Positions 34,394-46,498 of a stretch of DNA of 64,000 nt are shown piece after piece. The stretch covers positions 102,548,001-102,612,000 of the forward strand of contig CM059435.1 of assembly GCA_030390025.1 (NCBI GenBank), in the 5' to 3' direction. The notes below the pieces were generated by a model. That model was not told the DNA's origin. It did not search any database and was given only the letters and a program-made list of their open reading frames with translations. The stretch's first letter is position 1. Each line of letters opens with the position of its first letter. The DNA comes from Squalus acanthias. Lineage: Eukaryota. A program made the position numbers and the translations under genes.

Positions 34394-35233
34394 AGGAAAA
34401 TTCCATGATTCTGTGCTCCCCAACAGGAAGCTGCAAATGCCCTTGCAGAGTGGGTGGCCCAGAAATTCGACCTCTCCAGATATTGGGCCTCGGGCCTCAT
34501 TCTAACAGCTCGCCGGCGAAGCCTAGTGAAGAATTGGGACGCTGCTAGCGCTGGTGATAAGCGGAGTCAAGTCGGGGATTTGGGGGTTGGGGCGGCAGGT
34601 AATGCGGAGCCGAGGATCAGGGGTTCGAGAATCGGGGCGTGGGAACGCGGGGCCGGGGAGCCGAGCCTGGGTCGGGGACAATGTTGGGGATCGTGGTTGT
34701 TAGTGCCTGGGATCGCAGGGGTCGGGAGTAGTGGTGATTGTGTGGGGGGGCGGAGGAGTGGGGTAAAGCGAGGGGGATCGGGTCCTTTTTAATGTAGGGT
34801 TAGGAGGAGCCCTCCTGTTTCTCACGGCTCCACATTCAGGTAAATTTATTTGCCTTCTTCGTTGCAGGCAATTCCCAGGACTGGTTTCCCCAAGTGCAGC
34901 CCGCGATTGCGCTGGCTGACTCGGCAAACCAATCTTGGAAAGGTGTCCTTTACCAGGCTTTGGGCCCCTTATCTGCGTATGCAGCGGGTCTAACACCTGG
35001 TAAAGGACACCCCTTGTTTGTCCTTGCCTAATATGGCGGGCGGTGCACTTCTGACCAGAAATCTGCGCACGCTTCCTGCCGCTATATTGGGGCTTTAGTA
35101 GTCCGAGTCGTGTCCAAAAAATGGTCGCTGTGTGAATTAATTCCTGGGCCTGTGTGTCAGAGAATTGGGAGCACCATACTGCAGCCTCAACTCCCACCCA
35201 CACTCCCTGTGGGCAGGATTGTGGAATTACCCC
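34394..35233. mobile_element. Nested MITEs (outer 34394-35233, inner 34456-35150) within the putative slc6a15 3'UTR
   Basis: Outer: AGGAAAATTCCA / TGGAATTACCCC with TSD TTA. Inner: GGCCCAGAAATT / AATTCCTGGGCC. Confidence 0.75.
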
Positions 35234-35746
35234 TTACAGAGCAAAAAAAAGTGTTCCCTCAACACCTCAAATATTTTTTTTACAATTCAGAAAATGTACT
35301 GCGGTTTGATAAGCTAGTAAATAATTTGAGATTACATCAGTTTGTATATTTAATTCAGTGATGAAAATCGTTTTAAATATTAGCATAATTTGCATAAAGG
35401 TCAGGAATGATAAACTCACAAATTTACTAATCTTACTGACGTGCTGAGAAAGAATACTTTGTGGCTAGGAAACAAACAGGTTTTCTTTGAGAAAAATAAC
35501 CATTTTGTTTTCCTCAGAGGGATCACTGAATAAAATCTGTCCGGTGCAGAAAAGTATAATGTTCAGCTTTGCTCACAGCTACTTGTAGGCAACAGTATTT
35601 CAGACAGTATCATTAATATGGAAAAATATAGTCTATCTACAGGATATACATGATACATGTGCCACGTTAGTACTTTGCGTGCTTCTGAGTGGCAATTCTG
35701 CTCAACATAGCAACATACATATAGACGGGCAAAGCTTGCTCAGAAG

Positions 35747-36115
35747 CTACAAGTCTGATTCAGGCATGTCGGCCATTAAGTACCCAATGCCATAGCGGCC
35801 GTTTGGAGCTGTGTCTGCTTCCGGAGTGGGGGATCCATTTTGCTTTCGGTAGATGCTGTTGCCAGCCACTGGGGAGGGCATCTCACTTGGGGCCTTGCTG
35901 TGCAGGAGACTGGCGTCGTCTTCCTCCAGGTTGGAGTTCTCCTTCAGGATCCGTCCTTTTTTGTATGAGACCGAGGCCAGAGAGTTGGAGCCATCGTCGA
36001 TGAGGTTGAAATAACGGAAGATAAAGACTACTGGGACAGGGAGTAATGCCACTAACATGAGGCAGATACAGAGAGCCAAACCCCACGGTGGGTAATTCAG
36101 AAACTTTTCACCACC
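35747..36115 (-). CDS. slc6a15: slc6a15 last coding exon (369 nt incl. TAG)
   Basis: Acceptor TTTTCCTAG|GGT; [50 protein letters not shown]. Confidence 0.95.
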   Translation of the reverse strand, partial: GGEKFLNYPPWGLALCICLMLVALLPVPVVFIFRYFNLIDDGSNSLASVSYKKGRILKENSNLEEDDASLLHSKAPSEMPSPVAGNSIYRKQNGSPTPEADTAPNGRYGIGYLMADMPESDL

Positions 36116-36832
36116 CTAGGAAAATGGATAGAACAATTTTTTTATAACCGAGACACTTGAATAATCTGTAATTTGCTTCTCTTATGCGTTCGGTAATTCC
36201 TGGATTTTTAAAAAAAATTATGTAGTATTCTCTGATAAAAATTGGTCTCATAGAGAATGGGCAACCCGTTTTCCTTCCATGGAAAACACAATCGGGCGTG
36301 GTGTAAAGCAGGCTGCCGATTCACTGTGAGCCTCTTTCACCCTCCAGGCGAAGACCAATTTCACCCCCATAAATGTTACAGATTTCAATCTTGTTTTACA
36401 GTTTTCCATGTTTCTAAAACCGAGATTGACTCCCTCACACAAGCAGCCTCAGTGCAATCTAATGTGGCAATGACAGAAAAACAAATGATGCACCAATGTA
36501 TTCATTAATTAAAAGACCTAAAGGCTTCACATGATAAATCCAGGGATCCAAAAACCATTTCAGCCGTAAAACTTGCCAGCTCGCCATCTTAAAGCGTGCA
36601 ACTAACAAGGATGACGCATCCATTCATTATGGAGAGTAAACTTGTTCCCAAGAGCTTTGAAAGTGGTGCATATCCTGAGCACCATTACTTCCCAAATGTC
36701 TTCAGACAACTTCTGCTTTATTTTGGAACAGTATTAATTTATAACAATGACAAATATACCTTTCTAAAACTCTATTCAAATAATTGGATGATATGAATTG
36801 AACTCTGATTTTAAGTGGGGGGGGGGGGAGGT

Positions 36833-37493
36833 GGGGGAGTGAATTGTGGGTGTGGGTACTGAAGTGGGCGGGGATCTGTTCGCCCCACCCCCAGCCCCCA
36901 TTTTAACTCCCAGGCCTCATTTGCATGCCCCGACACTGACTTCTGCCTGAAGGTGGCGGGAATGATGTCCACACCCTCGGGCAGGAGTGGAGATTTGCAG
37001 GGAGTCTGGCTGCCACTGGGGACCCACGGAAATGGTCCCCGGGAGGTTAAGTCGGGGTGAGCGGGGGGGGCGGAAATCGGCAAAGTTCACTATCTGGGAT
37101 AGGGCGAAGCCCAGGGCAGGGGAGGCCCAAGGTATCCTTGTGGGGCCAGGAGGAGCACGCCAGCTCCACTTGGCCCACAAGGAACTGTAAAAAGCAACAA
37201 AAAAAATTTGCCTGGGCCTCCTGTGGTAGGATGCTGCCTGTTGCTGCCTTTCGTTGGCGGGTCCGAGACTGCAGCCCTTGGTCAGCCCACAGTTAAATTG
37301 GTGTACGTGGCCTGATGACATCATCAGGATGCAACTTCCCCATTTAAATTAGGCTCCGCTCCTCTGGGACAGGTAGTCTTCCCGTGCCTGATTTCAGGCA
37401 CATTAAGATGGTGCGGGACGGTGCGGGAACACTTTGCCAAAACAACCGGTATCTTAATACCTGCCCACAACATTCCTGCCTAAAATACCCCCC
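36833..37493. mobile_element. Degenerate Harbinger-like MITE (intronic)
   Basis: GGGGGAGTGAATT / AAAATACCCCCC termini; internal GGGCCAGGAGGAGCA block shared with other MITEs here. Confidence 0.6.
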
Positions 37494-37902
37494 TCTGAAT
37501 TCAAACTCTGAACTTAAATAAAGTATTTCCTTTTGAGATGTCCAACCAGACTGTCCTCTTCATCTAGAGGGTCAGCAGTTTGAACCATGGCAATACTATG
37601 GCCACTGTCAATGCTGCTCCATGATTGCATGTGTAGAGTCCAGGGCCAACCTGTTGCCTGTTTTTTTACCACCTGTAATGATAGGTTCTGAACTGCTGCA
37701 GCAGAGAGGGCTAAATGATAGGCAAGGCTGGGGTTCAAATATATTGCCTGTGGAGTACCCTACCACTCGTAATACTAGTTCATAACCCCAAATAACATCT
37801 CTGCATGAATGCGCACACGCAAATGAACTAAAGCATCACCTGAACTCACAGGCAGAATCACAGTGCAACAGAACATTACTAATGGGTTTAAACAGCACTC
37901 AC

Positions 37903-38065
37903 CAATTCACTAATCCAGGCATGGTAGCCTGGTGGGCTCAAGCACATCTGTACAAAGCTTGCCACAAGCAGAGCAATCAAAATAAGTGGAGAAATGTATT
38001 TCCATGTGTAATAGTAATATCGGAATGGAGTGAATCCAAGCATATCCTTCAAGTCCTCCATGAAC
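37903..38065 (-). CDS. slc6a15: slc6a15 coding exon 10 (163 nt)
   Basis: CATAG|[33 protein letters not shown]|GTGAGT. Confidence 0.95.
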
Positions 38066-38346
38066 CTATGAAAATGAAACACAAAATCAAAAGACCCTTT
38101 TGTATACGTACTTTCAGAAGTCTATAAAATAATAGTTCCCAAAGGTAGCGCCTCTTATAGTGTCAATTTGTTGTGGCATATTCATTTGTGACCTGATTCT
38201 CCATAGGGTGAGCTGAACTGTTTTGCGGATGGGCTGTTTTGTAAAGTGCTGAGTGGAGATAAAGTTTTTCCCTTCAGAGAAGGTGGAGAAAATCTGAGAG
38301 CGAGTCAGCCAAGGCAGTTCATACACAGCTCCTAACAGTAGTCTAG

Positions 38347-39235
38347 TGTAAGATTCTAAAAAAACGTAATAAAACTGCTGCTACCGTGTGGAGATCGAAA
38401 TTGCGACCGAATTGTGAAATGATAACAGACGGACTCAAAGTGTAGGAAGTCAGCAGGGGGTCCTTTGACTGTAAGGACTCAAAATGGTCAGCATATGGTC
38501 CTTTGTTTGTGAGACCACACGGACAGGAAGGAGCAACACTGGATGAAGAGGAAGTCCCACCACACATACATCACAGGAACATGAACGTGTCATGCAGAAG
38601 GATCTCCAATCAGGGAAGGTTGGGAGTGAAACTGACCTATCAGAGGGAGGCAGACGAAGAAATACGAGGGGGGCCGGCAGAAAGGCACTATAAAGGAATG
38701 ACCCAGAAGTGGGAAATTCAGAAGAGAGGGACAAAGAAAGCGGTTTGACTGGCCAGTCTATGTTTGCAACCTACTACTTTTTCCGGACTGATCAACTAGT
38801 GGGAAGTATATGTATGGAAGTTGGACACAAAGCAAAGATATTGCTAAAGAGTACTTTTATGTACGGTTGACTTGGAATATGAGTCGCCAGGGATTTGCAT
38901 ATAAGTTGCTAGGAAGTACTTTTGTGTATGGTTGACTGTGGGCATATGGAATGCCAAGGATTAGCATAAATTGTGGGGATGCTTTTATGTACATTTAGCT
39001 AAACTGTGTAGCATATTAATTGCGAGGGAAATACTATTACGGTAAATTGTGAGCATATTGATTGTGAGGGTGCTTCTATGTACTGCTTGAATAGTGGTTG
39101 GGGTTTTGAATCTGTCTTAGGAACAATAAAAGGTTAAAGACAGAACCGGTGTGTCTGGTGTAATTTCTCATAAGTCTCAATTCTGAACTCTATAACCTGT
39201 TGGACATGGCGAGGGGTAATTCCGCACATCTTACT
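38347..39235 (+). mobile_element. Solo LTR (gypsy/ERV-like), antisense within a slc6a15 intron
   Basis: Ends TGTAAGAT / ATCTTACT (TG..CA-type with last base changed), 4-bp TSD CTAG on both sides, TATAAA at 38689, AATAAA at 39125, internal direct repeats. Confidence 0.7.
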
Positions 39236-39665
39236 CTAGAAAGTGAAATCGTCAGTGGTGTCGATAGGACAAATCTATTTGCATAAAGTGGGAGAATAGA
39301 GAGAACGATAGCTAAATTATAATGGGTCTATATTAGCGGATTTGACCAGATTGCTCCAGTGATGTAGCCTTGAACTTGAATTCAGAGGGGCCAAGCATAA
39401 ATACTTGTCTTCAAGCAGGTGAACTCAAGTTATCCTCTTAAGAGTGAGTGTTACCGGTTCTCAATGAGGTCACTAGATGGAGCAGTGTGGAGTTACAAGA
39501 CCTACTGTGGGCCACAAAGGACAACTGCTGAAAAAAGGATTATACAATAAAGCTGGGATGTAAATTTAGAGAAAAGTATAATAAACAGAACCAGTCTTTT
39601 TTTTTTGTTACACATTTTACTAAATGAAGTAAATTTAGATGAATCATAGGGCTGCTGGTACGTAC

Positions 39666-39825
39666 TTATCTGTGCCATAAACCCAAGCGACAGCGACGTT
39701 CTCCAGGATAACCACAATCAGTAGGGGCAGGGTGGCTGAGTAATCATCAAACATGGTTACAAAGTAGTTTCCAGAGCGCTGCACAAAGAGGAGGCCAACA
39801 CTGAAAGCTATGAGACAACAGCCAA
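39666..39825 (-). CDS. slc6a15: slc6a15 coding exon 9 (160 nt)
   Basis: CTCTAG|[56 protein letters not shown]|GTACGT. Confidence 0.95.
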
Positions 39826-40967
39826 CTAGAGCAAAGGAAAATATATATTACAGACCTGACAGATGGCCAAAGTACATTGCAAATCAGCTACAAATAAGCT
39901 GACTGTAATCCTGTAATTGCTAGCAGGGTAAGCATGAAAAGGAGGCAGAATTTAAAAATCGTAAGACTTTTCCACACAGTACGATACTACAAGCGATGTT
40001 TGTTGAATAAAGGCACCAGTGTTCCTTGTCCAAAGCCTTTCATGGGTCTACATTGAAAATAAAATTTATACATTGTCCACTGTGAGAGTTTCACTATTTA
40101 TTTCTTTCACGTACAAAGTCAGGGACAGAGAGCTCACTTGTTGGCTGATTTTGAATTTGAAAAATTGCCCTCCAGTCAAAGCTAAACAATGGGATGCTGA
40201 AGCTTTAATATAATTCCCATGGAAGTTCGAGCCACTGGGTCAAAATAGGTACACTGAGTAAGCAAATTTTCTGTTAGCTCAGTCGTGGTTCTTTACAAAT
40301 AATAAGATTTTTTTTATAACGGCGGCGGAGGGGGGGGGAAACCTATTGGATTTACCATAATTTTCTACGCTCTTGATAGCAATCAGTAGGCAGCATGTGT
40401 AGCTGCGTGAGGGAATGGCGTCTGAGAGGCTCCATCAGAGCACTGATGAGTCCTTGTGGAGCTCAGCTTCAGTATCTGAAAGCACTGAGACACAGGCCAT
40501 GGATAAAACAGATGGGGCAGTATTAAGCACATGGTGCTGGCTGCTTTAGATGCTATGGGCTTTGGAGTACGGACTTCAATATTTGCTATAAGATGAAAGG
40601 TGTTGGCAAGATCCATTCCTGTCATAAGTTCAAATCGGGTGGATACCATGAGAACCAATCTATCCAACCAAAGGAACTTTAGTCCTAATATACTAATTTT
40701 CTATATAAATGTGACTTGGTATTTGACAGCCTCATAGACCAAAATATTACAAGAAATACGGTAAGATGAAAACATGTCTTCTGAATACGTGAAGATAAAT
40801 CCAATAATAATGCCTAGCCTTCCTGAATCCTATTCATATTCAGTTAAATTCAACCTGATCCAAGCAAGAATTTTCCTGACACATGTAATATACATTTATC
40901 AGAGGTTAAAATGACAGCTGATTTTGGAATGATACTGAAAGTGTCACCAAGTGACAGTGCTACTTAC

Positions 40968-41160
40968 TGGTGAGAATTTCTTTGCGCACTTTGAACGTGT
41001 CTACGAGAGGTGTGAGTATTCCTTCAATGGTACCAAACATGCTGCCCAAGCCCAGATTTACTAACATCAGGAAGAACAACACTGACCAGAAGGGGGACGC
41101 TGGGAAGTGAGTCATAGCCTCAGTGAAGGCAATAAAAGCTAAACCAGTTCCTTGTACGGC
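40968..41160 (-). CDS. slc6a15: slc6a15 coding exon 8 (193 nt)
   Basis: TTGTAG|[54 protein letters not shown]|GTAAGT. Confidence 0.95.
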
Positions 41161-41768
41161 CTACAAAACACAAAGCAAGTAAAGAGTGTGTTAAGAATAA
41201 GATGGTGGGACACTGAAACACTGCAGTGGAGTAGTAGGTTCATGTCCATGATTCTTCTAGGGCATCTTAGATACACAGGTAAATTAGACATTTTGCAGCC
41301 TGCCTGAGGGATGCCAATGAAGTTCCTTTGGTGACTCCAGAGATTGTAGTCAGGCAGATTGAAAGTGCCCTCAAAAGCTGCACAATTTATATTTAAAAAA
41401 TTGCTGCTCAAATGTCTAAATTGTGAATAGCTGTACAGGTTCAGGGCATTTCAGTGACTTTCACCTTGATTATCTGCGGCAGCCACAAACGTCTGCTTTA
41501 TTCAGGCATAGATAATGTTGAGCGCACAACGGGTGGAAATGATGAGGATTTTGGATGGATGATATTATTCCGTCATTATCCCATCATTTCCATACACCCG
41601 CTGGGAGTGGAATGAGCACTTCTTGCGCCCCCCCCCCGCCCCCGTTCCGGTAGAAATTTTCATGTCAAACGGGGTGGATCAGGGTCTTACCCCAAATTCC
41701 TCCCCCTGCCCAGATAGTGTGATCTTTGCCGAGGAATTCTTTATGAATCTGTTTTATTATAGACTGAC

Positions 41769-41961
41769 CTGGTTAAGTTCATCCTCTAGTTGACATGAAT
41801 CCAGGCCTAACTTCAGAAATTCTTCTTCCTTCACTTCCTTTATAATGTTGTACATCTGATGGTAATCTGTTGCTGAAACATCTGAGAGATTAACATGGTG
41901 AGGGATGAGATCATGACTGACCACACCTACTTTTAGCATTTCCAGGATCTTGTCTGCATTT
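41769..41961 (-). CDS. slc6a15: slc6a15 coding exon 7 (193 nt)
   Basis: TTGCAG|[27 protein letters not shown]|GTCAGT. Confidence 0.95.
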
Positions 41962-42058
41962 CTGCAATGTAACACATCGGGCCAAATCAGTGTGAGTAAC
42001 AACACGCGAACATGGGCAAAACATGGTCATAGGCATAGAATAGGGAATCGGTACCCAC

Positions 42059-42300
42059 CTCACAATGCATTTTTCATTGATAATATTTGCTTTGAAGCCC
42101 AAGACGGCAAACACCACAAGTGTTGCTAAGACAGATGTGAAGAAATTGATTAAGGACACGAGGACTGCGTCAAAGTGGCAGTTGTTATCTCGCTTGTTGT
42201 AGCTGGAGAAAGCAATCACACCACCGAATCCCAGCCCGAGTGCAAAGAACACTTGGGTTGCAGCCCCTCTCCAGACCTGAGGGTCTAACATGATCTCCAG
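42059..42300 (-). CDS. slc6a15: slc6a15 coding exon 6 (242 nt)
   Basis: TCACAG|[56 protein letters not shown]|GTGGGT. Confidence 0.95.
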
Positions 42301-42999
42301 CTGTGAGGTTTGAAAAGAGTCTGTGATTAGTGCACTGTGTGAGCTCAGTCATCCCCACAAAGAAACTCGACAAAATGTGCTTGAATCAAAACTGATAAAA
42401 GGCCTAAATAGAAATAAGTATCACTCTTGCAGTACAGCAATATATTTTTTTTAAGAAGCGCGGTAGACCTCTCCTGATATTTGCTATTGTAACGTGCGCT
42501 GGCTGGAACATCCTTGCTTTTCAACCTTGGCAATGACCATTGTCACCAGACACTCTCTGCACTAATTTCAGAGAGGTAAAGGCCAATAACAATTTAAACA
42601 CAGCTGCTGATTGTCACAGAAGCTTCCACCTGAACTTGTGCTCATTCTCTCCTTTGCTCGACTAATCTCCCCCCTTCCCACTCGCACGGTAATGGGAATT
42701 ATTTCTGTGGTTTCCTTTCAGATTTCTTACTTGTTACGCAAACAGACAAATGTACCATTTGTAGCAGATCTGTTCAAAGTGCTTTAGGAAGGGAGACTAC
42801 AGCAAAGTGAAACACGGCACGCCCTTCAATAGTTGCATTAAGTAACAGGTGCTAGGCATCATTTCTAAAAGTACACACTTATTCTGAATTTGCAAAATAG
42901 ACCAATCTTTCACTCTGTTTAATTAGGTTGGGCTTATGACTAATTTGGTAACTGTAAATAATTACAGTACAACATAAACTATAATGCTGGTATAGAATT

Positions 43000-43290
43000 A
43001 CATTATATCTAATTTACAGCACAGAAATAGGCCATTCGGTCCAACTGGTCTATACCAGTGTTTATGCTCCACACGAGCCTCCTCCCACTTTACTTCATCT
43101 CACCCTATCAGCGTATCCTTCTATTCCTTTCTCCCTCATGTACTTATCTAGTTTCCCCTTAAAGGCATCGATGCTATTCGCCTCAACTACTCCCTGTGGT
43201 AGCAAGTTCTACATTCTAACCACTCTCTGGGTAAAGAAGCTTCTCCTGAATTCTTCATTGGATTTATTAGTGACTATCTTATATTTATGT
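43000..43290 (-). mobile_element. CR1 3' end fragment
   Basis: Reverse complement of the 10500-10640 + 14438-14575 host CR1 3' end. Confidence 0.85.
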
Positions 43291-43682
43291 ACATAAGAGC
43301 CCTGCCTCTTGTAACTGCTTTTACCATTCAGGCTCCTCCATCGCAGTATGGAGATCTTTATGATATCATCTCTTTTGCTGATGTAGCTTTTTAAGCCTCT
43401 CCAGAATATAACTGGCATCTATTGTTGAAACTGTGATCTACACCAACCATATATTTATGTTGACAGATACATTAACCACATAGCATACACTTTTCTGAGC
43501 ACTACGAGGCTTGTTTGTGATTTTCTGCTATTATTCGAATAAAATTCAGTTTTGAAGAAGATTTTAAATCCTTTTATGAATTTTATATAAGATTGAGTGC
43601 ACCGTTTGATCTGACTAGATTTATTCTCGTAACAGGATAAGCTGGTTTGTGATCATCGTCCTAAAGACACTAGTTCACTGCA

Positions 43683-43749
43683 CCACTAGGTGGCGTGCAG
43701 TATAACACTCAGGAGTGTTTATCTAAAATCCCACCACCAGATGGTACTG
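43683..43749 (+). promoter_or_regulatory. Tandem CTCF-like motifs
   Basis: CCACTAGGTGGCGTG (43683) and CCACCAGATGGTACTG (43734), same orientation; motif match only. Confidence 0.5.
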
Positions 43750-43924
43750 ACAGCAGTACTGCAGGCTTCTGAGAGCACGTCACAGAAGTTATACTAGCTG
43801 GGCAGTGCTTAGCAGTTTATTCCCATTCTACTTAATATGTACATTAATAGCTGTGCCTCTAAATACAAGCATGCTGTCAGTAAGAAGCATTTCCATGTTA
43901 ACGATAAAACCGAGCGGAACACAC

Positions 43925-44035
43925 CTTCGGGGTAAACATGTAGCGGATGCCATCCATGGAACCTTTCAGAAGAAGACCTCGAACCAGAAAGCAGATAAGT
44001 ACAACATAGGGAAACAGAGAACTAAAGTACATCAC
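43925..44035 (-). CDS. slc6a15: slc6a15 coding exon 5 (111 nt)
   Basis: TTCCAG|[37 protein letters not shown]|GTGTGT. Confidence 0.95.
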
Positions 44036-44695
44036 CTGGAAAAAACAAATTGTATTGAGAGATAAATTATTTCAGCAACAAAAAAGCCACACTTTTTTTC
44101 AGATCTAAAAGATGTGTGAACACTAACAATTTGATAACTGCATTTCAGCCAAGTTGCACTTATGTAACTTTGCTACATGCAGTGATACAAAAAATATCAG
44201 GATCAGCCCTGCTGATATCTTCTGTATAGTATGGGCAATCATAGATTTTAATACAGCTGGCCAGTAGAAAATATCCAGGTAACAACAACGTTGTCTAGAT
44301 TAGCAATGCACTGAATCTACAAGGTATTCAGCAGTTAAACCTTCCTTTTTTTTATCCTCAACAATTTTCTCCTTGCCATCAACCAGATAAAGGCATTGGC
44401 TCTCTTATCGGCGTACAGTGCCACAGATACTCATCACTCTTTGGCATGTCACCTGAGTGGCTATTCTTCACAGTGAGCTTCACCGGCAAAGTTTCCTCAC
44501 CGGTGGGGGGGGCAGGGGGTGGGGGGGTCATCACTCTGGTGCCAGATCGTTTTCTCACTCAACTTTCATACAAAAACAACAACTTGCATTTATGTCGTCC
44601 TTTTAATATAGGAAAATGTTCCAAGGCTGTTTACAGAGGTGTAATTAGACAGAAATTGACACCGAACCAAAAAGGGAGATGTGACCAAAAGATTC

Positions 44696-45092
44696 CTTAA
44701 AATTCACTCCCTCCACCACCGGCGTACCGTGGCTGCAGTGTGTACCATCTACAAGATGCACTGCAGCAACTCGCCAAGGCTTCTTCGGCAGCAGCTCCCC
44801 ATCCCACGACCTCTACCACCTAGAAGGACAAGGGCAACAGGCACATGGGAACACCACCACCTCCAAGTCACACACCATCCTGACTTGGAAATATATCGCT
44901 GTTCCTTCATCATCGCTGGGTCAAAATCCTGGTACTCCCTACCTAACAGCACTGTGGGAGCATCTTCACCACACGGACTGCAGCGGTTCAAGAAGGCGGC
45001 TCACCACCACCTTCTCAAGGGCAATTAGGAATGGGTAATAAATGCTGGCCTTGCCAGCAACACTCACATCCCAAGAACGAATGAAAACAAAA
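44696..45092 (+). mobile_element. 3' end of the LINE family seen at 32213-33366, inserted in L2
   Basis: IHSLHHRRTVAAVCTIYKMHCSNSPRLLRQ..FKKAAHHHLLKGN, near-identical to 32960-33304. Confidence 0.9.
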
Positions 45093-46498
45093 TTAGCCAA
45101 AGAGATGAGTTTTAAGGAGGTCTTAAAGGAGGAGAGGGCGATCACCGAGGGAATTCCAGCGATGAGGGCCTAGATGGCTGAAGGCACGGCTCCCAATGGT
45201 GAGGCAAAGAGATTTCGAGATGCATAGTAGGCCAGAGTTGAAGGAATGCTGAGTTCTCAGAAGGTTGAAGGGCTGGAAAAGGTTACAGAGATAGGGAGGG
45301 GCCAGGTCATGAAGAAAATATTTTTTTTAATTTGAGGCATTGGGGACTGCGAGCCAGTATAGGTCAGTGAGCATAGGCTGATGGGTGAGTTTCATTGCGG
45401 GATAGGATATGGGCAGCAGCAGCAGAGTTTCGATGAGCTATGGATTAAGAAGGGTGGAGGATGGGAGCTGGCCCGGAGACCTTTGGAATTGTTGAGTTTG
45501 GAGGTGACAAAGGTGTGGATGAGGGTTTTGGCAGCAGATCACCTGAGGCAGGAACAGAGATAGGTGACGTTACGGAGGTGGAGGTAGATGGAGTGACTAT
45601 GGGTTTGGAAGCTCAGTTCTGGGTCAAATAGGACGCCATGGTTGAGAACAGCTGGTTCAACCTGAGACAGTGGCCGGGAAGGGTGATGGAATCAGTGGAG
45701 AGAGTATGGAGTTTGTAGGAGGGGGCAAGGTCAGAACGATGGCTTCTGTTTTCCCGTTGTTTAAGTGGAAGAAATTGTGGGAATGCATGTCGGACTAGCA
45801 GTGTGACAACACAGGCAATGGAGGACTCAGGACAGGTGGTGCTGGGTGTCCTCAGCATACATGTGGAACCTGACCCCATGTTTTTGGATGCTGTCACCAT
45901 GAGGCAGCATGCAGATAAGAGGAGGAGGCTAAAGATAGCTCCTTGGGGAACTCCAGAGGTAATGGCCCGGGGGTGACATGAAAAGCCATTGCTGGGGATG
46001 TTCTGGCACAGTTGGATAAGCGTGCTCTCCCACAGCAGTGCACAGAGGTGTCAGCCTAGATTATGGGCTCAAGTCGCATGAGAGGAGATAGGAGAGAATA
46101 TGGGTTCAGGGCTAGGGCAGGGGAAATTTTGGCAGAGCTGTGACTTGGTGGGCAAGAGGAAGACTGTATGTGGCAGAAGCAGCTGAACAGATGGCCTCAA
46201 TGCTGGTGACAAAGAATTCCAGGAGCTCCTCACACTTATTGGAGGTGTGGGTGCAGGGGGAAGGCAAGAGGGGTTTAAGGAGATTGTTGGTAGTAGAGAA
46301 AAGGACTGGGGTTATCTTTGCATTCCAGGATGATCCTGGAGTAGTGAGCAGTTTTGGAAGAGCACAGCAAGGCCCGATAGTGGCTGATGTGATCCAGCAA
46401 GATCTGACGATGGATGGTGAAACCAGTTGTGATGGGGAAAAAAAGCAGATAGAAGTAATGGTCTCATTCCAGAGCAACAGCCAAAATGCACATGTGAA

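Noticed and set aside
41962-42058. Second short slc6a15 intron as a retention candidate
   Set aside because: 97 nt, not a multiple of three; retention would frameshift
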